Source: an uncultured archaeon
Lineage (GTDB): Archaea; Altiarchaeota; Altiarchaeia; IMC4; QMZM01
Assembly: GCA_964549685.1 (NCBI GenBank)
Contig: CAZJVE010000002.1
Span: 32,001-96,000 of the forward strand
DNA: 64,000 nucleotides
Reading direction: 5' to 3'
In this document: piece by piece, positions 7,952 to 16,483 of the stretch
How the letters are laid out: every line of letters begins with the position of its first letter
Numbering within the stretch: position 1 is the first letter of the stretch
Translations under genes and position numbers: made by a program
The notes under the pieces: model-generated
Database searches by the model: none
Seen by the model: only the letters and a program-made list of their open reading frames with translations
What the model was told of the DNA's origin: nothing

Positions 7952-10900
7952 TCTTTCCGCTCTCAGCCTCCTTCAGCTCCTTGTCTATCGCCTCTCTCCT
8001 GGCCCTCAGATCGTCCATCTTCTTCCACTCTTCTTCCATCTGCGTGAAGATCTCCCAGCCCTCGCCCTTACCTTCCAGCTCGCCGATTTTCTTCTTCTCC
8101 GCCTCTATCTCCTGCTCTACCCTCTGTTTTTTCATTCTCAACTCCTCTATATTCGCTGCAGGGACCTCAACTCCCTCTGGCTTGGCCTCTTCTGGTTTCG
8201 GTGCAGTGCTAGGAGCGGCCTCTTTAACCGGAGCTGCCGTGGTTGTCGATGGCGCAGACACCTCTGACTCCAGACCAGATCTGATTTTTGCCAGCTCCTT
8301 CTCCAGGGCCTCCCTCTCTGCCCTCATATCGTCCATCATCTTCCACTCCTGCTCCATCTTCTGGAAGTCATCCCAGCCGACGTCTCCCTTCTTCGGTTTC
8401 TTATCCCCCAACTCCTCTTTCTTCCCCTCGAGCTCCGTTATCTTCACCTCCCGCTCGATTATGCCCTTCCACTTGTCCTTCATTTCCTTCAGCTCGTCAT
8501 GGAGCTTATCCTTATCCTCTACGAGACCCTTTCTCTCCTCCCTCACCTTGATCTTACTTTGCTTCCTCTCGGCATCGAGCCTCTTCTGCAGCTCTTCGTC
8601 GCTCTTCTTCAGGCCCTCCCTCTTGGTGGCGTCTTCTTCCAGTGCAACCTGGCCAAGAATATCCTTCCTCTTCGCGATTCCGCTCTGGATTTCACCGACC
8701 ATCTTCTGCGCTACCTTCTCCTCCTTGGCGCCTATCTCCTTGTCCATCTGAAGAATCATCTCCTTGTCCCTGCTTATCATCTCTCTGCGCTCTCCAATCA
8801 TCTTCTCCGCCTTCTTCAGGGCGTCCTCCTTTTTCTGTGCATCTTCCTTTAACCTCTGCTCCTCCTCCACCTGCTTCTTCTTCTCCTGTTCAATCTCTGT
8901 CGTCTTCATATCGCTGAGTTCCTTCAGCTTCTCCTCCCCGATTCTCAGCTTCTCCTTCTCCTTGAGGGCAACCTCCTCCCTGAGTATCTTTATCTTCTTG
9001 TGCTTCTTCAGGAGCTCCAGAACCTGGGCCCTGCTCTTGAGCTTTATCTCCTCGGCCTCGAGCTCACCTATTATCTTCTCTTCGTCCTCCCTCAGTTTCC
9101 TCTTCTCCTCCTCTATCTTCCTCATGGTCTCTTCCTGCTTCTGCCTGAGACTCGTCTCCCTATCACCTATCCTCTTCTCCTCTTTGTCCAGGATTGCAGA
9201 GAGTTCCCTCTCGTACGCCTTTATCTCTTCATCCCTCTTTGCGTCCCACTCGGATTTTATGGCCCGCTCCTCCTCGGAAATCTTGCCTGTCTTCAGCCTC
9301 TCAACATAATCCTCTATCCTCTCTGCGAGAGAATCGATGTAGAGGTCGACAATGCCGAACGAGCCGCCCTTTATGTTGTCTATGGCAAGCTTCATCTCCA
9401 ACTCTATGTCGAAGATGTCCAGCTCCGCCTTCCTGAGGGTTTCGAGCTTAGGCATGAATCCATCAATCTTTTCGTTATACTTCGCATACTGTCCAAGCTT
9501 TTCGTTGGACATGCTGTTCGCGTTGTGAAGGGCCGGCCTGAAGCTTACAAAGTAGGGGTTGCCCTTGTTGTATTCAGGATTCTGCAGCATGCCCTCCCCG
9601 ACATTGGCCTTGACCACTGACTGGTAGATGTAGCCTCCATACTTCAGGTTTATCCTGTCCAGATCCTCCTTGTACCGGGTCTGCATCTGAATCTCCGTCC
9701 CTATGTTTGCCTTTATCTGGCCTATGAAGTCCTTTAGAACTTGTGATATGAGAATCACGCCGATTCCGAAGCGCCTGAATTCCCTCACGGCCTTCTCTAT
9801 CTGGACGAAGCCCTTGCCGACCCCGCCGAACTTCGGCAGAATCCTGTGAATCTCGTCAAACACCAGGATTACCTTGAGCTTTGGGCTGTCACCGAACTTT
9901 GCGCTGAATATGTCCTCTATAGCATTCGATATGAACACCTCCATGTCGGGATTGTTCAGCTCCCTCATGTAGAAGACGCTTATCTCTCCGGGATGTATGT
10001 GGTGCTTCAGGTCTATCCTCTGGTTGGCGTCTTTTATCGCATAAACGTTGCCCTTGAAGGCCTTCGCGTCTGCATTCTTCATCTTGTAGTTGCCATACCT
10101 CTTGAACATCTCATCATCCTTGTTTGGCTCCAGGAAGCCGGTCCACTGGGCGGTGGGGTCGAACACTATAACGGAGACGTCGCTCTTCATCAGCGCCTCC
10201 TCGACGAGCACCTGGGCAGAGTGGGTCTTTCCGCAGCCAGTTGTTCCTGCCATTAGGGTATGTGATGCAAGCGAATCCAGATAGAGATAAGCGTCGGCGT
10301 TCATCTCCGCTATCTTCCCCATGTATCCTGATTTCGGACCCTTGTGCGGAAGCGCGTCAAATTTGATTGACTCCAGATACCTCTTCCTCCTTTCACGCCC
10401 CTTTTTGTACCTCCCGTAAAAGGACATGAGGATTCCAAGCGCGATGAGCAGGAAGAACCCCAGTACTATCCTGGCGCCCGTAATCTCTGCGATAATCGGG
10501 TCAAGCCTGTCAATAAGTGACCTTCTGATAGTAAGCTTCTCGACGTCGCTCGCCTTCGCTGTTTTGTTCCCCTCCCCCGTATAATAGAGAACCCCAGTAA
10601 TCTCATATTCCGTGTCCACAACCTCCCAGGGGATTATCAGTTCAGTGCTTGTTTCAAGCACGACGTTCTCCGGCAGTATGATTCCGCTTTCCTTCTTGAC
10701 CACAATGGTGCCCATTGCTGGGTCCTTCATTATCACTTCCAGGAGGGTTTCCGTCCTTCTCTGGACCAGGTTGGATATCTTGGACCTGACGACGACGGTG
10801 CCCCCTGGTTTGTTCTCAATACTGTCCAGCCCTATATCCAGGTCCAGGGAGACCTCCGTCACAACCTCGAGGACCTCGAGTTTTAGCGGTATCGTCCTTA

Positions 10901-11261
10901 CCTTTCCGTTAACGTTTATGAGTACGTCTCCCTCATAGAGCCCTGGGTTGGAATTCTTGTTTATGTAGCCCCTTACTCTCAGATATCCCGTCTCATTGGG
11001 TGCTATCCTGACGTAACCCTTCTCTATCTCAGGGACTATATTCTTAATCCCCTGGCTTATGGAAGAAACCTCGACAAGTATCCCTTCATCGTCGTTGTTC
11101 GTTATGGTCAGCAGACTGTCGACAAAATCCCCCGCATATTCCCTTACAGATATATTGCTGGGCGTTATCTCCACCGACTGCCCGGATACAGAGGCAATAC
11201 TAACCAGAAGTAGGAGCGCAACCAAAAATCCTGTGTTTAATCTGTTATTGTGAATATGCAT
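7932..11261 (-). CDS. Membrane-anchored HerA/FtsK-like (DUF87-type) ATPase with signal peptide, extracellular Ig-like region and long C-terminal coiled coil
   Basis: N-terminal signal peptide, ~230 aa beta-rich ectodomain, TM IVLGFFLLIALGILMSFY followed by a basic patch. HTLMAGTTGCGKT (Walker A), VIVFDP, ILVFDEIH (Walker B), REFRRFG and LISQ motifs. Confidence 0.85.
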   Translation of the reverse strand: MHIHNNRLNTGFLVALLLLVSIASVSGQSVEITPSNISVREYAGDFVDSLLTITNNDDEGILVEVSSISQGIKNIVPEIEKGYVRIAPNETGYLRVRGYINKNSNPGLYEGDVLINVNGKVRTIPLKLEVLEVVTEVSLDLDIGLDSIENKPGGTVVVRSKISNLVQRRTETLLEVIMKDPAMGTIVVKKESGIILPENVVLETSTELIIPWEVVDTEYEITGVLYYTGEGNKTAKASDVEKLTIRRSLIDRLDPIIAEITGARIVLGFFLLIALGILMSFYGRYKKGRERRKRYLESIKFDALPHKGPKSGYMGKIAEMNADAYLYLDSLASHTLMAGTTGCGKTHSAQVLVEEALMKSDVSVIVFDPTAQWTGFLEPNKDDEMFKRYGNYKMKNADAKAFKGNVYAIKDANQRIDLKHHIHPGEISVFYMRELNNPDMEVFISNAIEDIFSAKFGDSPKLKVILVFDEIHRILPKFGGVGKGFVQIEKAVREFRRFGIGVILISQVLKDFIGQIKANIGTEIQMQTRYKEDLDRINLKYGGYIYQSVVKANVGEGMLQNPEYNKGNPYFVSFRPALHNANSMSNEKLGQYAKYNEKIDGFMPKLETLRKAELDIFDIELEMKLAIDNIKGGSFGIVDLYIDSLAERIEDYVERLKTGKISEEERAIKSEWDAKRDEEIKAYERELSAILDKEEKRIGDRETSLRQKQEETMRKIEEEKRKLREDEEKIIGELEAEEIKLKSRAQVLELLKKHKKIKILREEVALKEKEKLRIGEEKLKELSDMKTTEIEQEKKKQVEEEQRLKEDAQKKEDALKKAEKMIGERREMISRDKEMILQMDKEIGAKEEKVAQKMVGEIQSGIAKRKDILGQVALEEDATKREGLKKSDEELQKRLDAERKQSKIKVREERKGLVEDKDKLHDELKEMKDKWKGIIEREVKITELEGKKEELGDKKPKKGDVGWDDFQKMEQEWKMMDDMRAEREALEKELAKIRSGLESEVSAPSTTTAAPVKEAAPSTAPKPEEAKPEGVEVPAANIEELRMKKQRVEQEIEAEKKKIGELEGKGEGWEIFTQMEEEWKKMDDLRARREAIDKELKEAESGKNEGTNT

Positions 11262-11301
11262 TGTAGCCTGATTGGTTGAATTCCGCCACGGAAGTCATGC
11301 G

Positions 11302-12027
11302 TTATTCCTTTGCACCATCTTCCTTCAATAGAGTGAATGGAACCTCTTTCGAGGATATCGAAACTCCCTCAGATGTGATGGTGACCGGCCTTATGTCCGA
11401 AACTATCTTCGTACCCCGTATTTTCACAACCCAGATACATCGCTCATTATTGGCTCTATATCTCGACCAGAACATTATTATGAGGCCATCGGATAGAAAG
11501 TGCTCTGCCCCGTATCTCAGCTTCAGAAAGCTCTCCGAGAGCTCCGCGGTCATTAAAGTCGTGCACTTGTTCTTCCTCATCATCTCAAGGAATCTCAGCA
11601 TATGGATTCTCCTGGAGGCTTCCTCCTTGAAGAGGTAGTTGAAGAGAGTTACTGAATCGAGGACCATCCTGCTGGCCTGGGTCTCCTTTATTACGTCTCT
11701 TAGAATTCCAAAGTCCATGCCCAGGTCCATATCGGTTCCTTCAAAAATCTCTCTCCCGAGAATGGCTATCTTCCCGGCATCCTCGTACTCCCTTACGTTC
11801 CACCCAAATCCTGCCGCATAGTTTTCCACGTCCTCTACGGTATCCTCTACCGTTATGTAAACGCCTGGGTCATCATACTTGGCAACTCCGTTGTAGATGT
11901 ACTGCATTGCAAGATTACTCTTTCCTATCCCTGGAGGCCCAGAAATAACGGTAGTGCTGCCCTTGGGCAGACCCCCGTCCATCATATCGTCGAGCCCGGG
12001 AATTCCGGTCTTTAGCTTTTCTACCAT
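11302..12027 (-). CDS. Single-domain KaiC/RAD55-like ATPase
   Basis: KTGIPGLDDMMDGGLP, GPPGIGKS, VLDSVT, SDGLI and VKIRGT motifs. Confidence 0.92.
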   Translation of the reverse strand: MVEKLKTGIPGLDDMMDGGLPKGSTTVISGPPGIGKSNLAMQYIYNGVAKYDDPGVYITVEDTVEDVENYAAGFGWNVREYEDAGKIAILGREIFEGTDMDLGMDFGILRDVIKETQASRMVLDSVTLFNYLFKEEASRRIHMLRFLEMMRKNKCTTLMTAELSESFLKLRYGAEHFLSDGLIIMFWSRYRANNERCIWVVKIRGTKIVSDIRPVTITSEGVSISSKEVPFTLLKEDGAKE

Positions 12028-12065
12028 TTTAACACCGTATTATTTTATTAACAGGATACTTTATA

Positions 12066-12947
12066 TCATATCTCCGTCCTGAGGACGTTCATCTCTCTCT
12101 TCAGGAGATGGAGTTGCTGGGTATCTATCGTTGAAGGGTCCAGGGGGACTATGAGCCTTGAATTGCTCATGGAGATGCTGTCCTTCAGGGACTGGACGAA
12201 CTGCAGAATCTCCTTGTAGCCGTTCTGGACTATTAAATATTCAAGGCCGTCGAGCATTATAACGCTTTCACCGACCTCCTTCATGAATTCCTTCATCGTG
12301 TGGCTCAATTCCAGCAGGTCCGTTGGCTCGATGTTCTTCTCCTCCGTCTTCTCCCTTGTCAGCCAGATTATCGGCGTTCTCTCGAGCTCGTACACCTGCC
12401 TTATCTGCGCCGGGTTCTGTCTCGTTATGTAAAGGCCGCTGATTCCGTGGGTTACTAAATCGACAAAAATTTCATTGCTCTTGATTGGCTTTTCCTCATT
12501 GACCATGTAGGTCTTGCCCTCGTCCAGCCTGTGCCTCATCTTCGCATAGCTTCTCCTCTCCGCTACTGCCTTTATGGGCGCGAACTCATACTTCTTCCCC
12601 TCCTCCATCGGCGAGTAGAGGAGATAGGCCCCCACGGTCATCGAAATGGCCACAATGGTCCTGCCGACCACGCTCATAAGCTGGATTACGGGGTCGCTGC
12701 TGAAAATCAGATAGATGCTCGATATGTTAAACAGCAGGATTCCAAGCACTCCAATAAAGAGCCAGGTCCATGCCCTGGATCCCTTCGCGCCCTTGGTGTA
12801 CAGCTTCCTGTAGAGCTTAATCCAGATAACGACGGCAAGAAGCGAGATTACCACTGCGAATATGTTAGTCAGAAATTCCGTGGTGGGGAAGACCTCCCCC
12901 ATAACAGATATCACCTTCCCTAAAACAGGCATCGTTGTCCCATCCAT
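12066..12947 (-). CDS. Membrane protein with DUF835 (inactive KaiC-like) domain
   Basis: Three TM helices then GLYITRQNP, IIWLT, IEPTDL, IMLDGLEYLIVQNG, LKD and LHLLKRE, the DUF835 pattern. SD GAGGTG upstream. Confidence 0.88.
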   Translation of the reverse strand: MDGTTMPVLGKVISVMGEVFPTTEFLTNIFAVVISLLAVVIWIKLYRKLYTKGAKGSRAWTWLFIGVLGILLFNISSIYLIFSSDPVIQLMSVVGRTIVAISMTVGAYLLYSPMEEGKKYEFAPIKAVAERRSYAKMRHRLDEGKTYMVNEEKPIKSNEIFVDLVTHGISGLYITRQNPAQIRQVYELERTPIIWLTREKTEEKNIEPTDLLELSHTMKEFMKEVGESVIMLDGLEYLIVQNGYKEILQFVQSLKDSISMSNSRLIVPLDPSTIDTQQLHLLKREMNVLRTEI

Positions 12948-13004
12948 GGGGCACCTCTTTATTAAGCTTAATAGTAAGTAATATTACATCAGACCCCTAT
13001 AAAA

Positions 13005-14240
13005 ATGTGCCTATCGATAGCGGAAGAGCAACTTATCGAGCTCGCTAAACGGTTTGGAACTCCCCTTTACGTCTATAGCGAAAGCAGAATCAGGGAGAAT
13101 TTCCGGGAATTCAAGGCCGCCTTTCCTAATGCAAAGGTATGCTACGCCTACAAGGCAAACACATCTCTTGCCATATGCAACATCCTGCGCCAAGAAGGGG
13201 CATCTGCCGATGTGGTATCAACAGGCGAGCTCAGGACGGCCCTCAAGGCCGGCGTAAAGCCCGAGGACATAATTTTTACGAATAATGCAAAGACAAGAGA
13301 GGAACTGGAATTTGCAATTGATTATGGAGCCATCATCGATGTGGATTCACTGGATGAGTTGAATTCCATTGCCGAGATTGGCAAGCCTGCAAAAATCTCC
13401 TTCCGCGTGAATCCCGCAGTCGACCCGAAGACTCACCCGAAGATAGCCACTGGCATGAAGGGTTCGAAGTTTGGATTGCATCTGGAGAAGGACATCGCGC
13501 TGGAGGCATGTAAGAAAGCCAGCCAGCTCGACAACATAACAATCGTTGGAGTGCAGATGCACATCGGCTCTCAGATAACGGACATGACTGCCTTTGAGGA
13601 TGCTACCAAAAAGCTCATGGACTTCGTGCTGCAGCTGAAGGAGTTGGACATAACCCTAAAGTTCATCGACATCGGCGGAGGGCTCGGAATCTCCTACAAG
13701 GGAGAAGAAACCCCGAAGCCAAAGGACCTTGCAGACAAAGTCCTCCATATAATAAAAGAATATAATAATAAGCTTGGTTATGAGCCGGAGCTCTGGCTCG
13801 AGCCCGGCCGCTACCTTGTTGCTAATGCAGGGGTCCTCCTCTGCCAGGTGCAATCAGTCAAGAAGACCCCCTACAGGAATTTCGTTAATGTAGACTGCGG
13901 CTTCAACACCCTTGCAAGGCCGGCGATGTACGACTCCTTCCACCGCATCAAGGCCCTCGGCAAAACAGGAGCAGAAGAAACCTACGACATAGCCGGAAAC
14001 ATCTGCGAGTCAGGGGACATCCTTGGAAAGGACAGGCAGCTCCCTGCCCTGGAGCATGGAGACATTCTCGCAGTCCTGGACGCAGGGGCATACGGATTCT
14101 CCATGGCGAGCAGGTACAACGCAAGGCCCCGCCCGGCGGAAATCCTGGTCAGGGAGAATTCGACTGAAATCATCCGCGAGCGCGAGACCTGGGACGACCT
14201 CTGGAGAGGCGAGAAGGTCCCTGATGATTTGAATAGATAG
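13005..14240 (+). CDS. lysA: Diaminopimelate decarboxylase
   Basis: FGTPLYVY, YAYKAN (PLP lysine), SKFG, HIGSQI, DIGGG, EPGRY, ICESGD, AGAYG. Confidence 0.96.
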   Translation: MCLSIAEEQLIELAKRFGTPLYVYSESRIRENFREFKAAFPNAKVCYAYKANTSLAICNILRQEGASADVVSTGELRTALKAGVKPEDIIFTNNAKTREELEFAIDYGAIIDVDSLDELNSIAEIGKPAKISFRVNPAVDPKTHPKIATGMKGSKFGLHLEKDIALEACKKASQLDNITIVGVQMHIGSQITDMTAFEDATKKLMDFVLQLKELDITLKFIDIGGGLGISYKGEETPKPKDLADKVLHIIKEYNNKLGYEPELWLEPGRYLVANAGVLLCQVQSVKKTPYRNFVNVDCGFNTLARPAMYDSFHRIKALGKTGAEETYDIAGNICESGDILGKDRQLPALEHGDILAVLDAGAYGFSMASRYNARPRPAEILVRENSTEIIRERETWDDLWRGEKVPDDLNR

Positions 14241-14430
14241 TAGAGAATTATCTAGTTCTAGCTGGGGAATTCACGTGTCGTCGAGCCTATCATACGACCT
14301 GGGCGAAGACGGCACCCGGGTGTGAACTGACCGTGACAGTTCAGCGCTCATAAGTTTCATCATAGCCGAAGCTCAGCTGCGCGTTGTCATCACTGTATGA
14401 TATATAACAGCGATTGAATATATAATCGCG

Positions 14431-16482
14431 ATGAGTTCTATCGGGCCAAAAATTCTCTGGATATCGGTTCTGCTGATTCTGACCGCCTCTGCCACTACAG
14501 CCGAATGCGTAACCGACGGCGTTAACGACAACTGTCTCGCCGTTCTGGAATACGGGGACGGGAGCCTTGAGATAGACCCCGACAACCCTGAGAGCATATA
14601 CAAAGCCCTGAATCTCGTGAGCCCGGACTCACGCTCGCTGGACGAATTCCTCGGCACCGAGGAAGGCGAAGAGATAATAGCCCTGCTATTCGACCAGCCC
14701 CGCGGCCCCTGGAAGTACGGGAACTTTCTCCTGGACCCGAGGGGCGCAGACCTCGACCTCTATGCCGAGAAACTCTCTGGACTCATAAGCGAAGAGAACA
14801 AAGAGAAGTTCGAGGAATCGCCCTACGGCTACATCGTGAAGCTTCGGGAGGAACCGCTGAGTTCGTACGGAAAAATATCGACAGCTGAATTGAATTCTCA
14901 CAGGGATAATATTCTCGATTCCCACAAAATTGCACTGAATTACATAAATAATAATTTCCCCGACTCACGGGTAAGGCGTGAATTCACCAATGTCTTCAAC
15001 GGCATCTCCCTGGAAATCTCCGCCGATGAGGCGAAGCAGCTGAAGGGCCTCGACGTAGTCGAGGAAATCTATCCGATAAAGAGGATTCAAATCTCTCTGA
15101 CCGAGAGCGTTTCCATGATTAATGCGGATGATGCATGGGGCCTCCTTGATGACCTTGGAAAGAACGTTACCGGCAAGGGCATCCTCATAGCAATAGTCGA
15201 CACGGGGGTCGATTACACCCATACCGATTTCGGCGGCTGCCCCGCCGACTCCTACCTCTCTTGGGACTCCTGCCCCAAGGTCGCGGGGGGCTACGACTTC
15301 GTGAGTGATTTTGCCGACCCCATGGATGATGCAGGCCATGGAACGCACTGCGCCGGGATAGCGCTCTCCAACGGCTCCCTGAAAGGCGTTGCCCCGGATG
15401 CAAGGCTGCTGGCCTACAAGGTCCTTGACTCCGGAGGTGGAGGATATGACGACGACATCATAGCGGGAATAGAGCGGGCGGTCAATGAATCGGCCGATGT
15501 GATAAGCCTCAGTCTCGGGGGGAGCGGAAACCCCGACGATGCCCTGTCACAGGCCGTTGATAATGCTGCCAATGCCGGAGCGGTCGTAGTCGTTGCGGCG
15601 GGCAACAGCGGCCCGGATGCCAGAACCGTCGCATCTCCAGCCTGTGCCAGGAAGGCAATAACAATCGGGGCGACCTACAAGGAGAGCGATAATACCTCAA
15701 CATCCGAGCTGTACCTCTTGAACGGCACTGCAGCCGAGGAGATAGACTCACAACCGCTCGAAGAATCCGCACTAACGCCCGAGGGCGGGATAATGGCGGA
15801 GCTCCTCTTCGCATCCCTCGGCTATGCAGGAAATTTCACCGGCCAGAATTTCACGGGAAAGATTGCGCTGATTGGAAGAGGCGAATTCACCTTCCAGGCT
15901 AAGGTTCAGAATGCCTATGATGCCGGAGCCATCGGAACAATAATCTACAATAACGAACTCGGGAATTTCCTCGGAACCCTCGTAAACCAGTCGGAGATTC
16001 CGGCGGTCTCCATATCCCTGAGCGATGGCGCGCGCCTTCTGGGCCTTGTAAATAGCAGCACAGTGACCGTGAACCTGAGCGTTCTCAGCTACGAGGAATT
16101 AATAGCAGATTTCAGCTCGAGAGGCCCTGCATACATCTACAACAAGCCCGACCTGGTGGCTCCGGGAGCACTCATCTGCGCCTCGCAGTGGGACGACGTC
16201 TATTCGGACAGCCCCTGCTACGATTCAGAGCATGCCGCAATCTCGGGCACCTCCATGGCGACACCGCACGTTGCAGGAGCAGCAGCACTAATCCTGCAGA
16301 AGCATACTGGCTGGAGCCCTGACCATGTCAAGTACGCACTGCTGACTACTGCCAGGGACTATGGCTATGATGTCAATGCGCAGGGGGCGGGCCTCATCGA
16401 CGCCTACAAGGCGGTCAACCTCACAAACAAACCACCCATTGCAATCATCTCGAACATCACAGGACTCGAATACAGGACCTAG
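14431..16482 (+). CDS. Secreted S8 subtilase (Vpr-like) with I9 propeptide and PA domain
   Basis: Signal peptide, YIVKL...FNGISL propeptide, triad IVDTG / HGTHCAG / GTSMATPHVAG, oxyanion AAGN, PA insert GKIALIGRG. Confidence 0.93.
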   Translation: MSSIGPKILWISVLLILTASATTAECVTDGVNDNCLAVLEYGDGSLEIDPDNPESIYKALNLVSPDSRSLDEFLGTEEGEEIIALLFDQPRGPWKYGNFLLDPRGADLDLYAEKLSGLISEENKEKFEESPYGYIVKLREEPLSSYGKISTAELNSHRDNILDSHKIALNYINNNFPDSRVRREFTNVFNGISLEISADEAKQLKGLDVVEEIYPIKRIQISLTESVSMINADDAWGLLDDLGKNVTGKGILIAIVDTGVDYTHTDFGGCPADSYLSWDSCPKVAGGYDFVSDFADPMDDAGHGTHCAGIALSNGSLKGVAPDARLLAYKVLDSGGGGYDDDIIAGIERAVNESADVISLSLGGSGNPDDALSQAVDNAANAGAVVVVAAGNSGPDARTVASPACARKAITIGATYKESDNTSTSELYLLNGTAAEEIDSQPLEESALTPEGGIMAELLFASLGYAGNFTGQNFTGKIALIGRGEFTFQAKVQNAYDAGAIGTIIYNNELGNFLGTLVNQSEIPAVSISLSDGARLLGLVNSSTVTVNLSVLSYEELIADFSSRGPAYIYNKPDLVAPGALICASQWDDVYSDSPCYDSEHAAISGTSMATPHVAGAAALILQKHTGWSPDHVKYALLTTARDYGYDVNAQGAGLIDAYKAVNLTNKPPIAIISNITGLEYRT

Positions 16483-16483
16483 A

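Noticed and set aside
859-9620. Long plus-strand ORFs antisense to coiled-coil genes (e.g. 859..1431, 1514..2119, 7936..8751, 8764..9309)
   Set aside because: Ser/Phe/Leu-rich shadow frames produced by E/K-rich codons on the opposite strand.
11302-12027. Circadian clock KaiC or RadA/RadB recombinase
   Set aside because: Single domain, no kaiA/kaiB nearby, and no RadA N-terminal HhH domain. Fits the generic archaeal KaiC-like family.
16361-16483. Programmed frameshift or sequencing error fusing the S8 gene to the FG-GAP gene
   Set aside because: The downstream gene has its own ATG and intact hydrophobic signal peptide, and no slippery sequence is evident. Treated as two genes.
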